A DNA stretch of 63,398 nt from a virus (Duplodnaviria > Caudoviricetes): positions 1 to 63,398 of the IMG/VR virus record IMGVR_UViG_3300032271_000550. One strand, given 5' to 3'. Positions 29,312 to 37,621 of this stretch are shown one piece after another (within the stretch, counting starts at the first letter, position 1; each line of letters opens with the position of its first letter). Below the pieces are notes generated by a model. It was not told where the DNA came from, ran no database searches, and was given only the letters and a program-made list of their open reading frames with translations. Both the position numbers and the translations under genes were made by a program.

Positions 29312-30660
29312 TATTTCTCTTTTCTTCGGATAGATGAGGTGGATGAAGAACTTGTGGCTCCTGCAGCACCAGCAGCGCCAGTAACTGCATTAACAGCAGC
29401 TCCTGTAGCCACAACAGCGGCTACGACTTCTTTTTTAGCCTTGGCGCGGTGAGCGGGGCTCATGTCCGAACCTAGATTTCCAAGAGCATTAATAGCGTTA
29501 GTAACTCCAGTTGCTACAGCGCCAAGAACAGGCACAGCCGCTAACTGTGGGTCTACCTGAATGTCATCTGCTTTAGCAGCTACCATAAGGGCATCAAGGG
29601 CTTGTTGATATTGAGGTGAATCTTCTGCCGCATTTGCAAGCGTAGTGTTAGCAGCTTCAGTTAATTGAGTTACTTGGTCAGATGTTAGTTCTTGTGGAGA
29701 AACAGCAGTTAAATTTTCTATGGTTGTAGCGGCGGCTTGGACTTGCTCTGCAATTGTTGGCGGGATGGGCTGCGTTTGTATTGGGACTTGAGTAGGTTCC
29801 TTGCTAATCGGAGGTGCAGGTGTTGGGACTTTCGCAGGTGGAACGGGGTCAACTACTGGCTCCTTTACTGGTGGGGTAACTACAGGGGGAGTAACCACAG
29901 GCGGGTCTACCACAGGCGGAACAACTACGGGCGGGTCTACCACAGGTGGTTCAATAACAGGGGGGTCAACTACAGGAGGCTCGACAATAGGTGGGTCAAT
30001 TACAGGAGGAACCACTACAGGTGGCTCTACCACTGGAGGAACTATTACTGGCGCAAAGCCATCAGTGGTAAAAAATTCTGGGGGAACAGTACTCCAGGTA
30101 TTTCCGTTGTCTGTTGAGTAAGTAAGGGTTGCATTAGCACCTCCACCATATTCGTAATACCAAGCATCTAAAGCATAAGTGTGACCACCGACAATTTGTA
30201 TGTCAGGATAGATACCACCCCAACGACCTTTGTCATACCAGTCATTAGTAATTATTGGGGTTTCGTCTAGCGATAAATAAAAACCATCATCGGCAAGTGC
30301 CTCAAACGTATAAGTACCAGAGTCTGGAAACGTCACAAAACCTGTGTAGTGCACAAGGACAAAATTATCTTGACAACCTGCCACAATACCGCCGTTGTTG
30401 TCGTCATACATTTGGTCAATGTTATCGACGTGAGTCCAAGCTCCGTCACATAAGGTATAGGGGACTCTATCAGGTCTAATCGACGGGTCGTAAGTATAAA
30501 CAGTTAAGTTAAGTCCGCTGACAGAGTCAGCAGAAGCTGATGTTGTAAATAGTAGCGAAGATGAGGCTACGAATATTACTCCGATTGATGCTGCGATTTT
30601 ACGCAGATTTGGCAATCGTATCCTTTGCAAATTAAAGCGAACATTATTATTGTCGCTCAT
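29311..30660 (-). CDS. secreted/membrane-anchored PA14-domain protein with Pro-rich stalk
   Basis: Signal-peptide-like segment ending ASA; DNFVLVHYTG, ADDGFYL, WYYEYGGGA; (V/I)xPP repeats; hydrophobic C-terminus. Confidence 0.8.
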   Translation of the reverse strand: MSDNNNVRFNLQRIRLPNLRKIAASIGVIFVASSSLLFTTSASADSVSGLNLTVYTYDPSIRPDRVPYTLCDGAWTHVDNIDQMYDDNNGGIVAGCQDNFVLVHYTGFVTFPDSGTYTFEALADDGFYLSLDETPIITNDWYDKGRWGGIYPDIQIVGGHTYALDAWYYEYGGGANATLTYSTDNGNTWSTVPPEFFTTDGFAPVIVPPVVEPPVVVPPVIDPPIVEPPVVDPPVIEPPVVDPPVVVPPVVDPPVVTPPVVTPPVKEPVVDPVPPAKVPTPAPPISKEPTQVPIQTQPIPPTIAEQVQAAATTIENLTAVSPQELTSDQVTQLTEAANTTLANAAEDSPQYQQALDALMVAAKADDIQVDPQLAAVPVLGAVATGVTNAINALGNLGSDMSPAHRAKAKKEVVAAVVATGAAVNAVTGAAGAAGATSSSSTSSIRRKEK

Positions 30661-30682
30661 ATGATAGAGTTTTACAGCATAA

Positions 30683-30755
30683 GCGCCTATAGCCCAATGG
30701 CAGAGGCAGATGACTTAAAATCGTCACAGTGTGGGTTCGAGTCCCACTAGGCGTA
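30683..30755 (+). tRNA. tRNA-Leu(TAA) with short variable arm, CCA not encoded
   Basis: Acceptor GCGCCTA/TAGGCGT, anticodon stem GATGA/TCGTC, loop CT-TAA-AA, T-loop GGTTCGAGTCC. Confidence 0.93.
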
Positions 30756-30845
30756 CTTTATGTGTTAAAGTTTTACCCATAACTGAATAGTGTCACTTTG
30801 ACAATAAACGACCGATTACTAACGCAAGGAAAGGTAGGTCGCTAA

Positions 30846-31394
30846 ATGAAGAAGTTCATTGCAACCGCAGCCCTGCTATTGACATTAGCAGGTTGCTCTG
30901 CTAGTTCAGCAGCTGCTGCAACAAACATGGAGAAAGTCTCCAAAGCCGTCGTATTTAAGGCGGGACAGGGATTGTGGAATCCCTTGAGTGTTAAAGGTCT
31001 CGTGGCTTTTACATACACTCAACGTGTAACATCCGTTACTAAAAAGCTAAAGACATACGTGGGTAAAACTTGGTACGTCTTTTCAGGCAACACCCCACAA
31101 GGGTGGGACTGCTCGGGCTTAGTTATGTGGTATTACGAGCAAGTAGGAATCACGCTGCACCACAGCGCCTATGCCGAAAAGTACAGTGGAAAACCCCACA
31201 AGTATTTTCAGGCAAAAGCAAAAGTTGGTGACATCATTGGTTTCCCAGGGCACGTAGGTATTTACATTGGCAACGGATATATGATTCACGCACCACATCC
31301 TGGAGTTCGCACCCAGCGAATCAAGGTTATGGATTGGGCCAAGCAAAATTGGACTACCGACGTAACGTACACTAGAATTGTTCAGACAAATTAG
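30846..31394 (+). CDS. secreted NlpC/P60 (C40) peptidase
   Basis: Signal peptide with LAGC lipobox-like motif; GWDCSGLV, GHVGIYIGNGYMIHAP. Confidence 0.9.
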   Translation: MKKFIATAALLLTLAGCSASSAAAATNMEKVSKAVVFKAGQGLWNPLSVKGLVAFTYTQRVTSVTKKLKTYVGKTWYVFSGNTPQGWDCSGLVMWYYEQVGITLHHSAYAEKYSGKPHKYFQAKAKVGDIIGFPGHVGIYIGNGYMIHAPHPGVRTQRIKVMDWAKQNWTTDVTYTRIVQTN

Positions 31395-31444
31395 GTATAC
31401 TAATTAAACGACGCCCAGGGGTTAGAAATAGCTCCTGGGCATTC

Positions 31445-31517
31445 GCCTCAATAGCTCATCTGGTAGAGCATCTCACTTGTAATGAGAAGGTGACGGGTTC
31501 AAGTCCTGTTTGAGGCT
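31445..31517 (+). tRNA. tRNA-Thr(TGT), CCA not encoded
   Basis: Acceptor GCCTCAA/TTGAGGC, anticodon loop CT-TGT-AA, T-loop GGTTCAAGTCC. Confidence 0.95.
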
Positions 31518-31518
31518 C

Positions 31519-31821
31519 ATGAAAGATATAAACAACTGGCAAGAGGATGTCCTTGCCCAGCCACTGGTACTGGTGGATTTTTGGGCATCCTGGTGCGCCC
31601 CGTGCAAGAAAATGATTCCTGTCTTTGAACGACTCGAACAGGAATACCCGCAACTTCAGGTTGTAAAGGTAGATGCAGACGCTAGACCAGATTTGGTAGA
31701 AGAGTTTGAGATTAATAGCATTCCTACCATGATGCTTTACAAGAATGGTGAGCATGTCTGGACTTTTACAGGCGCTAAGCCAGACCCGTTTTTTAAAGAA
31801 AAATTAACCCCATATCTTTAA
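31519..31821 (+). CDS. trxA: thioredoxin
   Basis: LVDFWASWCAPCK, SIPT; ATG 31519 preferred because the TTG at 31510 lies inside the tRNA. Confidence 0.92.
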   Translation: MKDINNWQEDVLAQPLVLVDFWASWCAPCKKMIPVFERLEQEYPQLQVVKVDADARPDLVEEFEINSIPTMMLYKNGEHVWTFTGAKPDPFFKEKLTPYL

Positions 31822-31829
31822 ACTTTTGC

Positions 31830-31974
31830 TATACTAAATAAAGACACGCCAATCGGGTGTCTATAAAACCCTTACTGTGCTACGGGCAGTAAAAAACCAC
31901 ACGAGTGGGTCTAGGACAGATTCCTAAAAATGCTCGTGAGGTGCCCCAACACAGTTGTCGTCTAAGGAGACAAC
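31830..31974 (+). promoter_or_regulatory. -10 box plus four-hairpin 5' leader of the Hsp20 gene
   Basis: TATACT 31830-31835; hairpins 31842-31862, 31872-31892, 31900-31938 and 31954-31974 (last encloses AAGGAG). Confidence 0.5.
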
Positions 31975-32490
31975 ATGAATTACAACAATAACTGGGATAA
32001 GCCATATCCAAACCCTTATGAGGGCAACGACCCTCACGGCATTTGGAACAAAAAACTCCCACCAATCCCTAAGCCAGTAACAATTACTGACTTGTTCCCA
32101 CGCATCGACCGTTGGGGCATTGGCTATATGCCACTTCTTGAAGACCTTATGCAAATTGCTAAGGAAAAGCCTTCGTATCCCCCCTATGACATTATCGACC
32201 ACAAGGATGAGACTACATCCATCTCGATTGCTGTCGCTGGGTTTGCCAAAAAGGAAATTGACGTAACCGTTCACGAAGGTACGCTCAAGATTGAGGGCAA
32301 GAAGGCGGAAAAAAAGGAAGACGGAGAAGTCGTTTATCAGGGTATTGCTGCTCGCGATTTCACATTAACTTTTGCGTTAGCTGAGTACTACGAGGTTAAG
32401 AGTGCCACTCTTGCAGATGGCATGCTTACCGTGGTGCTGTTTAAAAATGTGCCTGATGAAAAGAAACCAAAGGTAATTGACATCAAGTAG
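31975..32490 (+). CDS. small heat-shock protein (Hsp20/IbpA-like)
   Basis: SYPPYDI, IAVAGF, YQGIAARDF..TF.L, ATLADGMLTV, PDEKKPKVIDI. Confidence 0.93.
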   Translation: MNYNNNWDKPYPNPYEGNDPHGIWNKKLPPIPKPVTITDLFPRIDRWGIGYMPLLEDLMQIAKEKPSYPPYDIIDHKDETTSISIAVAGFAKKEIDVTVHEGTLKIEGKKAEKKEDGEVVYQGIAARDFTLTFALAEYYEVKSATLADGMLTVVLFKNVPDEKKPKVIDIK

Positions 32491-32514
32491 TATTTCTGAT
32501 ACTATTTAAAAGAA

Positions 32515-32553
32515 GCCCGAGATGCACAGATGATGTGTCTCGGGTTTTTCTTT
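32515..32553 (+). terminator. intrinsic terminator
   Basis: AGCCCGAGATGCA...TGTGTCTCGGGTT followed by a T run. Confidence 0.7.
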
Positions 32554-32567
32554 GCTACAATGTATAT

Positions 32568-32732
32568 ATGCCTAACGCACCTAAGACACCAACTCGCACA
32601 ATCCGAGTACCCGACGACCTTTGGCTTGCCGCACAAAAGAAAGCTGCGGAAAATAAAATCACCGTCACTTCAGTACTTATCGCCGCTTTAGCATTTTTTG
32701 TAGATTCGGAACTTGACAAACCTACCGACTAG
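32568..32732 (+). CDS. ribbon-helix-helix DNA-binding protein, probably leaderless
   Basis: TPTRTIRVPDDLWLAAQKKA; TACAAT 6 nt before the ATG and no RBS. Confidence 0.8.
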   Translation: MPNAPKTPTRTIRVPDDLWLAAQKKAAENKITVTSVLIAALAFFVDSELDKPTD

Positions 32733-32742
32733 GGTTTAGATT
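32713..32742 (+). promoter_or_regulatory. SigA-type promoter
   Basis: TTGACA-N18-TAGATT. Confidence 0.5.
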
Positions 32743-32794
32743 TGTACTGCTAAGACATAGCATCCCCCACGGGGGTTAGACTACGAAGGTACAT

Positions 32795-33232
32795 ATGCCA
32801 GTTCAAAATGACGGAATTCCAGCAGAAAACTTGGAACCAATCCGTAAAGAAGTTCAACAGTACGTCTTTCTAAAAGACGAAGTCTCTAACCTTGAGACCC
32901 GCGTTAATGAAATCAAAAAGCGCATTATCAGTTCAGTAGAACAGCTTGGTACCCCAAACGACAAGGGCAGCCTTGTCTTGTCAATTGAGGATGAGAAGTC
33001 TGGTACTGCTAACGTGGTTAAGCAGCGTCGTGTATCAAAGCAGTTTGACGAGGACACCGCCAACAAGATTCTGGCTGACAAGGGCCTATTTGAGTCTTGC
33101 ACCGAAACCATCACCGTACTTGACCAAGACGCTGTCATGGCTGCATACTACAATGGTCTTCTAACTGACGAAGACATCGAAGCAATGTTCCCAGAGAAAG
33201 TTAGCTGGGCACTAATTTTGGAGAAAAAGTAA
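32795..33232 (+). CDS. hypothetical coiled-coil protein
   Basis: GAAGG RBS; ORF track. Confidence 0.75.
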   Translation: MPVQNDGIPAENLEPIRKEVQQYVFLKDEVSNLETRVNEIKKRIISSVEQLGTPNDKGSLVLSIEDEKSGTANVVKQRRVSKQFDEDTANKILADKGLFESCTETITVLDQDAVMAAYYNGLLTDEDIEAMFPEKVSWALILEKK

Positions 33233-33420
33233 TGGCTAAAATGGCAGACCTTAACGCTGAGGGTGTTAATGATTTGGTTTCTTACAGCATTGGTATCCAG
33301 CACGGTATCGACATGGCTGTAAAAATTATCAAGGACGAGCTTGCTGACTCTGAGGCACCCATGCAGGGAACCAAAGGTGGTTGGCGTGAATACTTTGTCA
33401 GACTCATTAAGGGTGCCTAA
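33232..33420 (+). CDS. hypothetical protein
   Basis: TAATG overlaps on both sides. Confidence 0.7.
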   Translation: MAKMADLNAEGVNDLVSYSIGIQHGIDMAVKIIKDELADSEAPMQGTKGGWREYFVRLIKGA

Positions 33421-33575
33421 TGAGTATCATTGCTTATGATGCAGGAGTAGCTGATGGTAAAGCTGAGGCTATTCAGCAAGTTTTAGACTTGCTTGAAGAA
33501 ATGTTTAAAAACCCACCGATGCGCGGCGACGTTGCGCTTAGTGACCTTCGTAGACTTATTAAGGCAATTAACTAA
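33420..33575 (+). CDS. hypothetical protein (51 aa)
   Basis: Translated by hand (MSIIAYDAGVADGKAE...); fills the gap exactly. Confidence 0.65.
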   Translation: MSIIAYDAGVADGKAEAIQQVLDLLEEMFKNPPMRGDVALSDLRRLIKAIN

Positions 33576-34046
33576 ATGAGCGATAACGACTTTATTGATG
33601 ACATGTTTGGCGAACTTGACGTTTACTATCCAGGGAGTAAACGTAAGCGTCGCGAGCCTGTGCCTAAAGTCGAAGTTGACACCAGTTGGCAAAAAGATGC
33701 TTTTAAAAAAACTTTGCCAAATGGTAAAGAACTTGAGTTTTATACGCTAGGCTCTTTAGCTAAGGCGTTAAATCGTCCAACCGCTACTTTACGTCAGTGG
33801 ATGGATAGAGATAAACTTCCTTCTTCCCCTTACAAATTGCCTGATAAACCCGGCAAACATGGTAAAATGGTAGGAGGACGTCGGCTTTACAGCAAAGCGA
33901 TGGTAGAAATTACTGTCGAATTGTTTGCAAAAGCTGGACTTTTAGGTTCAGACCGTATAGACTGGACCGTACACCAGAGTCTTAGTGATAAGATATCTGA
34001 GGCGTGGGAAACAATCCGCGCAGAAGAAAATAAAACAATTAACTAA
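33576..34046 (+). CDS. MerR-like HTH DNA-binding protein
   Basis: FYTLGSLAKALNRPTATLRQW...GRRLYS. Confidence 0.8.
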   Translation: MSDNDFIDDMFGELDVYYPGSKRKRREPVPKVEVDTSWQKDAFKKTLPNGKELEFYTLGSLAKALNRPTATLRQWMDRDKLPSSPYKLPDKPGKHGKMVGGRRLYSKAMVEITVELFAKAGLLGSDRIDWTVHQSLSDKISEAWETIRAEENKTIN

Positions 34047-34053
34047 GGAAAAC

Positions 34054-34713
34054 ATGCCAATTACCCCCGATGCCCCAAATGCCACCGACTACGTTGCCGA
34101 CGACATTGATGCACGTCCATCACAGGCTACTGCCTCATCTTCTTCAGTCCAATCGGGCTGGGATGCCGCAGAAAGCCTAACCGTTTCAAGCGACTTCCCT
34201 ACAGAAGTCAAGTTTGAGGACGGTAAGCACCAGGTTTTTAAGTTCCTGGACGAAAGTGGCCCATTCGCCATTTACAAGCAGCACTTCCTGAAGCAGAAGA
34301 CAAGCGGTAAGCGCTCGTACGTCTGCATCGGTGCAAACTGCCCACTCTGCATTAAGCTGCAAGAACGCGCCGAAAATAAGCGTGCATTTACTGTTGTATC
34401 CCTTAACTCACCAGAGGGCATGCTTCGTCAAATGCTAATTTCAGGTGCTCGTCTTTATCAAGCACTTCATGCCGCACACTACTCCCCACAGGGCCCACTT
34501 ACTAAGGGCTATTGGGCTATTGTGCGTTTGGGTAAAGGCCCACAAACTAATTACACCGTAACTCCTATTAAGGAGCGCGACCTCGAAGAAGACTGGAACA
34601 TTAGTCAGGACAAGGCCTCAGCCGTTGTCGAAGCTTCAGAGGTTTATACTCGCGGTCTCATCAAGGAACACTCGTTTGAGGAACTTGACGAGATTGCAAA
34701 CTCGCTGCTCTAA
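34054..34713 (+). CDS. single-stranded DNA-binding protein (gp32-like)
   Basis: AAGGA RBS; FKFLD, H...C....CPLC, GKGPQTNYTV; upstream of the polymerase. Confidence 0.7.
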   Translation: MPITPDAPNATDYVADDIDARPSQATASSSSVQSGWDAAESLTVSSDFPTEVKFEDGKHQVFKFLDESGPFAIYKQHFLKQKTSGKRSYVCIGANCPLCIKLQERAENKRAFTVVSLNSPEGMLRQMLISGARLYQALHAAHYSPQGPLTKGYWAIVRLGKGPQTNYTVTPIKERDLEEDWNISQDKASAVVEASEVYTRGLIKEHSFEELDEIANSLL

Positions 34714-34726
34714 AGCCAATAGCATT

Positions 34727-34764
34727 AGGCGGGGATTTGACATCCCCGCCTTTTGCGCTATTGT
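34727..34764 (+). terminator. terminator hairpin overlapping a possible promoter
   Basis: AGGCGGGGA...TCCCCGCCT + TTT; TTGACA at its apex, TATTGT 16 nt downstream. Confidence 0.6.
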
Positions 34765-34773
34765 GGAGATACT

Positions 34774-36756
34774 ATGAACATTATTACGACTGCCGAACAA
34801 CTTTCCGAGATGGTAGATTACTACCTAACTCAAGATGCCTTTGCCTTTGACGTTGAAACCGTAGGTCCACGCCGCGGTATGACACCTGTAAATGAAGTCT
34901 TATGGATTACGCTTGCAACCCACGGACGCTGTGACGTTATCCCTATGGGGCATCCACACGGTTCGTTTATCGAAGAGATTTACCCTTTGACTGGTCAGGG
35001 CGAAGTCCGCAAAGAAAAGGGTTTGACACTACGCCCTAGCGACTATAGTCGTGACGCCAAAAAAGCCACCAAAGTATTTGGACCTGCACCTGAGCAGCTT
35101 TACCCAGCTGAGGTGTTTAAGGCGCTTGAGCCTATTATGTTTAATGACCAGATTCTTACTATCGGTCACAACCTTGTGTTTGACTTAACTTCAGTCGCTA
35201 AGTACTACGGGGGTCGTGTTCCATCTGCCCCATACTTTGACACAATGATTGCATCATTCATTTCAGATAACCGCAATAAAAATAAGTGCGGCCTTGCTGA
35301 CTGTCTTAAGCGCGAGTTTGGCTACGAAATGGTCAAGGGTGTGGGTAAAGAAGTAGAAGTCTACGACTTTGACACAGTTGCCAAGTACGCATACCTCGAT
35401 TCCAAGTACACGTTTCTATTGTGGAAGTCGCTAGTGCCAAAGCTAGAGGCTGGAGAACTCGACCGAGTGTTTGCGCTAGAGATGGATGTCTTAGCAGTTT
35501 TGTGCGACATGAAACTGACTGGTGCCTACATTGACACTGATTCGCTTGAGCAGTTGAAGATTGACCTTGAAGAAAAGGTAGAGGAGTCTCGCTCTAACAT
35601 TTACAAGGTCGCTGGTCGAGAGTTTAACATTAACTCCAATCAGGAAAAACAAGCTTTGCTATACGGACCTAAAGAGTCTGGCGGGCGTGGGCTAAAAGCT
35701 CAAGTATTAACTGTAAAGGGTAAGCAAAAAGATAAAACTAACGTCGAACTTACTGGTGCCGATTACTCGGTATCTGCTGAGGCGCTAGAGCCTTACCGTG
35801 ATAAAGACCCACTGGTTACAGCGTTGCTAGAGTATGCAGACTATAACAAGCTTCTTTCGACATACGTAATCCCGTATCTAGGCGGCGACATTGAGCGCAC
35901 CACGTCAGGTAAAACCCGTATCGAGACTAAAGAGACTTTGCTAATCAATGGTCGCCTACACGGTGACTTTGTGCAGCATGGCGCTGAGACTGGTCGTTTT
36001 TCTAGCCGTAACCCAAACCTGCAGAATGTACCTGCGCCACACACGCCACACGGCAAGGCTATCCGTAATCTGTTTGTGGCACCTCCAGGGCACAAACTAG
36101 TGGTTGCTGACTACTCACAGATTGAACCTCGCGTTATTGCTTCGTTTTCGGAAGACCCGATTATGATGGATAACTACCTAAACGGTAAGGACATCTATAC
36201 CACCGTCGGTGATACTATGGGCGTTGACCGCAAGGCAGGTAAGGTTCTTGTTCTTGCTATGGCTTATGGTGTAGGACCAGACAAGATTGCAAGTCAGATT
36301 GGCTGTACCAAGACTGAGGCTAAAGACTTGCTTGACCGCTTTGCTAATCAGTTTAGTTCGATTGCTAAGTATCGTGCCAAGGTTATTGGAGCAACACGTC
36401 AAGGCAAGCCTGTTCCATTTATCAAGACGCTGACTGGTCGCCGCCGTTACCTGCCTGAAATTATGTCACGAGAAAATGGTATCCGTGCGGGCGCTGAGCG
36501 TCAGGCGTTTAACACTAAGATTCAGGGCAGTGCTGCTGACATCATTAAGATTGCTATGGTACGAGCGCACAAGATGCTTCCACCAGAGGCTAAGATTATT
36601 CTTACAGTACATGACGAAATGGTACTTACTACGCCAGCAAATATGGCGGAGTCAACAGCAGAGATTCTGCGTGCAGCTATGGAAGGAATCAACGTGCTGA
36701 AAGTACCATTGATTGCAGACGTAAAGATTGTCGACAAGTGGGGAGAAGCCAAATGA
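34774..36756 (+). CDS. polA: family A DNA polymerase (3'-5' exonuclease + polymerase)
   Basis: FDVET, GHNLVFD, YAYLD, TGRFSSRNPNLQN, DYSQIEPR, IQGSAAD, VHDE. Confidence 0.97.
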   Translation: MNIITTAEQLSEMVDYYLTQDAFAFDVETVGPRRGMTPVNEVLWITLATHGRCDVIPMGHPHGSFIEEIYPLTGQGEVRKEKGLTLRPSDYSRDAKKATKVFGPAPEQLYPAEVFKALEPIMFNDQILTIGHNLVFDLTSVAKYYGGRVPSAPYFDTMIASFISDNRNKNKCGLADCLKREFGYEMVKGVGKEVEVYDFDTVAKYAYLDSKYTFLLWKSLVPKLEAGELDRVFALEMDVLAVLCDMKLTGAYIDTDSLEQLKIDLEEKVEESRSNIYKVAGREFNINSNQEKQALLYGPKESGGRGLKAQVLTVKGKQKDKTNVELTGADYSVSAEALEPYRDKDPLVTALLEYADYNKLLSTYVIPYLGGDIERTTSGKTRIETKETLLINGRLHGDFVQHGAETGRFSSRNPNLQNVPAPHTPHGKAIRNLFVAPPGHKLVVADYSQIEPRVIASFSEDPIMMDNYLNGKDIYTTVGDTMGVDRKAGKVLVLAMAYGVGPDKIASQIGCTKTEAKDLLDRFANQFSSIAKYRAKVIGATRQGKPVPFIKTLTGRRRYLPEIMSRENGIRAGAERQAFNTKIQGSAADIIKIAMVRAHKMLPPEAKIILTVHDEMVLTTPANMAESTAEILRAAMEGINVLKVPLIADVKIVDKWGEAK

Positions 36757-37202
36757 GTTGGCCTATCTCTGGTGCAGAAGGGCAGGGAAAAATGCAAAAA
36801 GTTCCTGTTAATATGCTTTATCGTTGGTATTTATACGACATTGTTGGTGAAGATGCCAATAAAAATATTGAATTGTTTAATTTATCCCCAGTGAGCACTG
36901 AGGGTGATGAAAAAGAACTAGAAGACGCAGAAAAACGTTTAATTGAAATATCTTCGCTTATTCCATTTATTAAATTGTATTCTGATATGAACGCGCAGTA
37001 CACATTTGAAGTTCACAAGAGTGAATTAAAAAAAATTGGCGGAATATCAGATGAGGCAGTTAATTCAGGGGCTGCTGGACTAAAAGAGTTTTATAGCAGC
37101 ATGACGTTTAGTGGTATAGTTGCATTACTATCCGCCGCAGTCGAACTTGAAATCATTGAACTAAATGGTACGTTTACTGGAGTTAAAGAAGAGGAAAAAT
37201 GA
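36753..37202 (+). CDS. hypothetical protein
   Basis: ATGA overlaps on both sides. Confidence 0.7.
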   Translation: MSWPISGAEGQGKMQKVPVNMLYRWYLYDIVGEDANKNIELFNLSPVSTEGDEKELEDAEKRLIEISSLIPFIKLYSDMNAQYTFEVHKSELKKIGGISDEAVNSGAAGLKEFYSSMTFSGIVALLSAAVELEIIELNGTFTGVKEEEK

Positions 37203-37621
37203 GTAACTCATGGTGGGCCGATAAGCTCGGCAACAATCAGCCACAGGCACCCCGCTACGCCCCTACGCAGCCTGTACAGCCCATACAGCCAGGTTATGTA
37301 CAGCCTTACCAGCCTGTAACCCCAAATCAGGCGTACCCGCCTGTAAGCCAACAGCCGTACATTGACCCGTCTTTGGCAGGTCACAGGCTACCAGCCAGTG
37401 CTACAGCCCCTAGCCGTTGTCCAAACTGTTCTAGCGGTAATTACGGAAAGATGACCGCTGAGACTGCGGCACGATGCTATGATTGTGGCTATCCTATTCA
37501 GCAGTCAGGCTCAGGCACCCCAGGTGTCCGTATTCCTAGCAACGGCACAGTAGAGGCTACCAAGCAGGTAAGCACATCAAATAACTTTAACCCAGGCACA
37601 TTTATCGGAAAGATTGAGTAA
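37199..37621 (+). CDS. Pro/Gln-rich zinc-ribbon protein
   Basis: CPNCSSGNY...RCYDCGYP. Confidence 0.75.
   Translation: MSNSWWADKLGNNQPQAPRYAPTQPVQPIQPGYVQPYQPVTPNQAYPPVSQQPYIDPSLAGHRLPASATAPSRCPNCSSGNYGKMTAETAARCYDCGYPIQQSGSGTPGVRIPSNGTVEATKQVSTSNNFNPGTFIGKIE

Noticed and set aside
29737-30121. Plus-strand ORFs with GGSTT repeats
   Set aside because: Antisense shadows of the Pro-rich stalk of the PA14 gene.
31456-31755. Minus-strand ORF over tRNA-Thr/thioredoxin, and the TTG start at 31510
   Set aside because: Antisense to two well-supported features; the TTG lies in the tRNA acceptor stem.
34774-36756. Intein or intron in polA, or in dnaB, recA or nrdJ
   Set aside because: Lengths are ordinary, reading frames are continuous and no C...HN splice motifs were seen.
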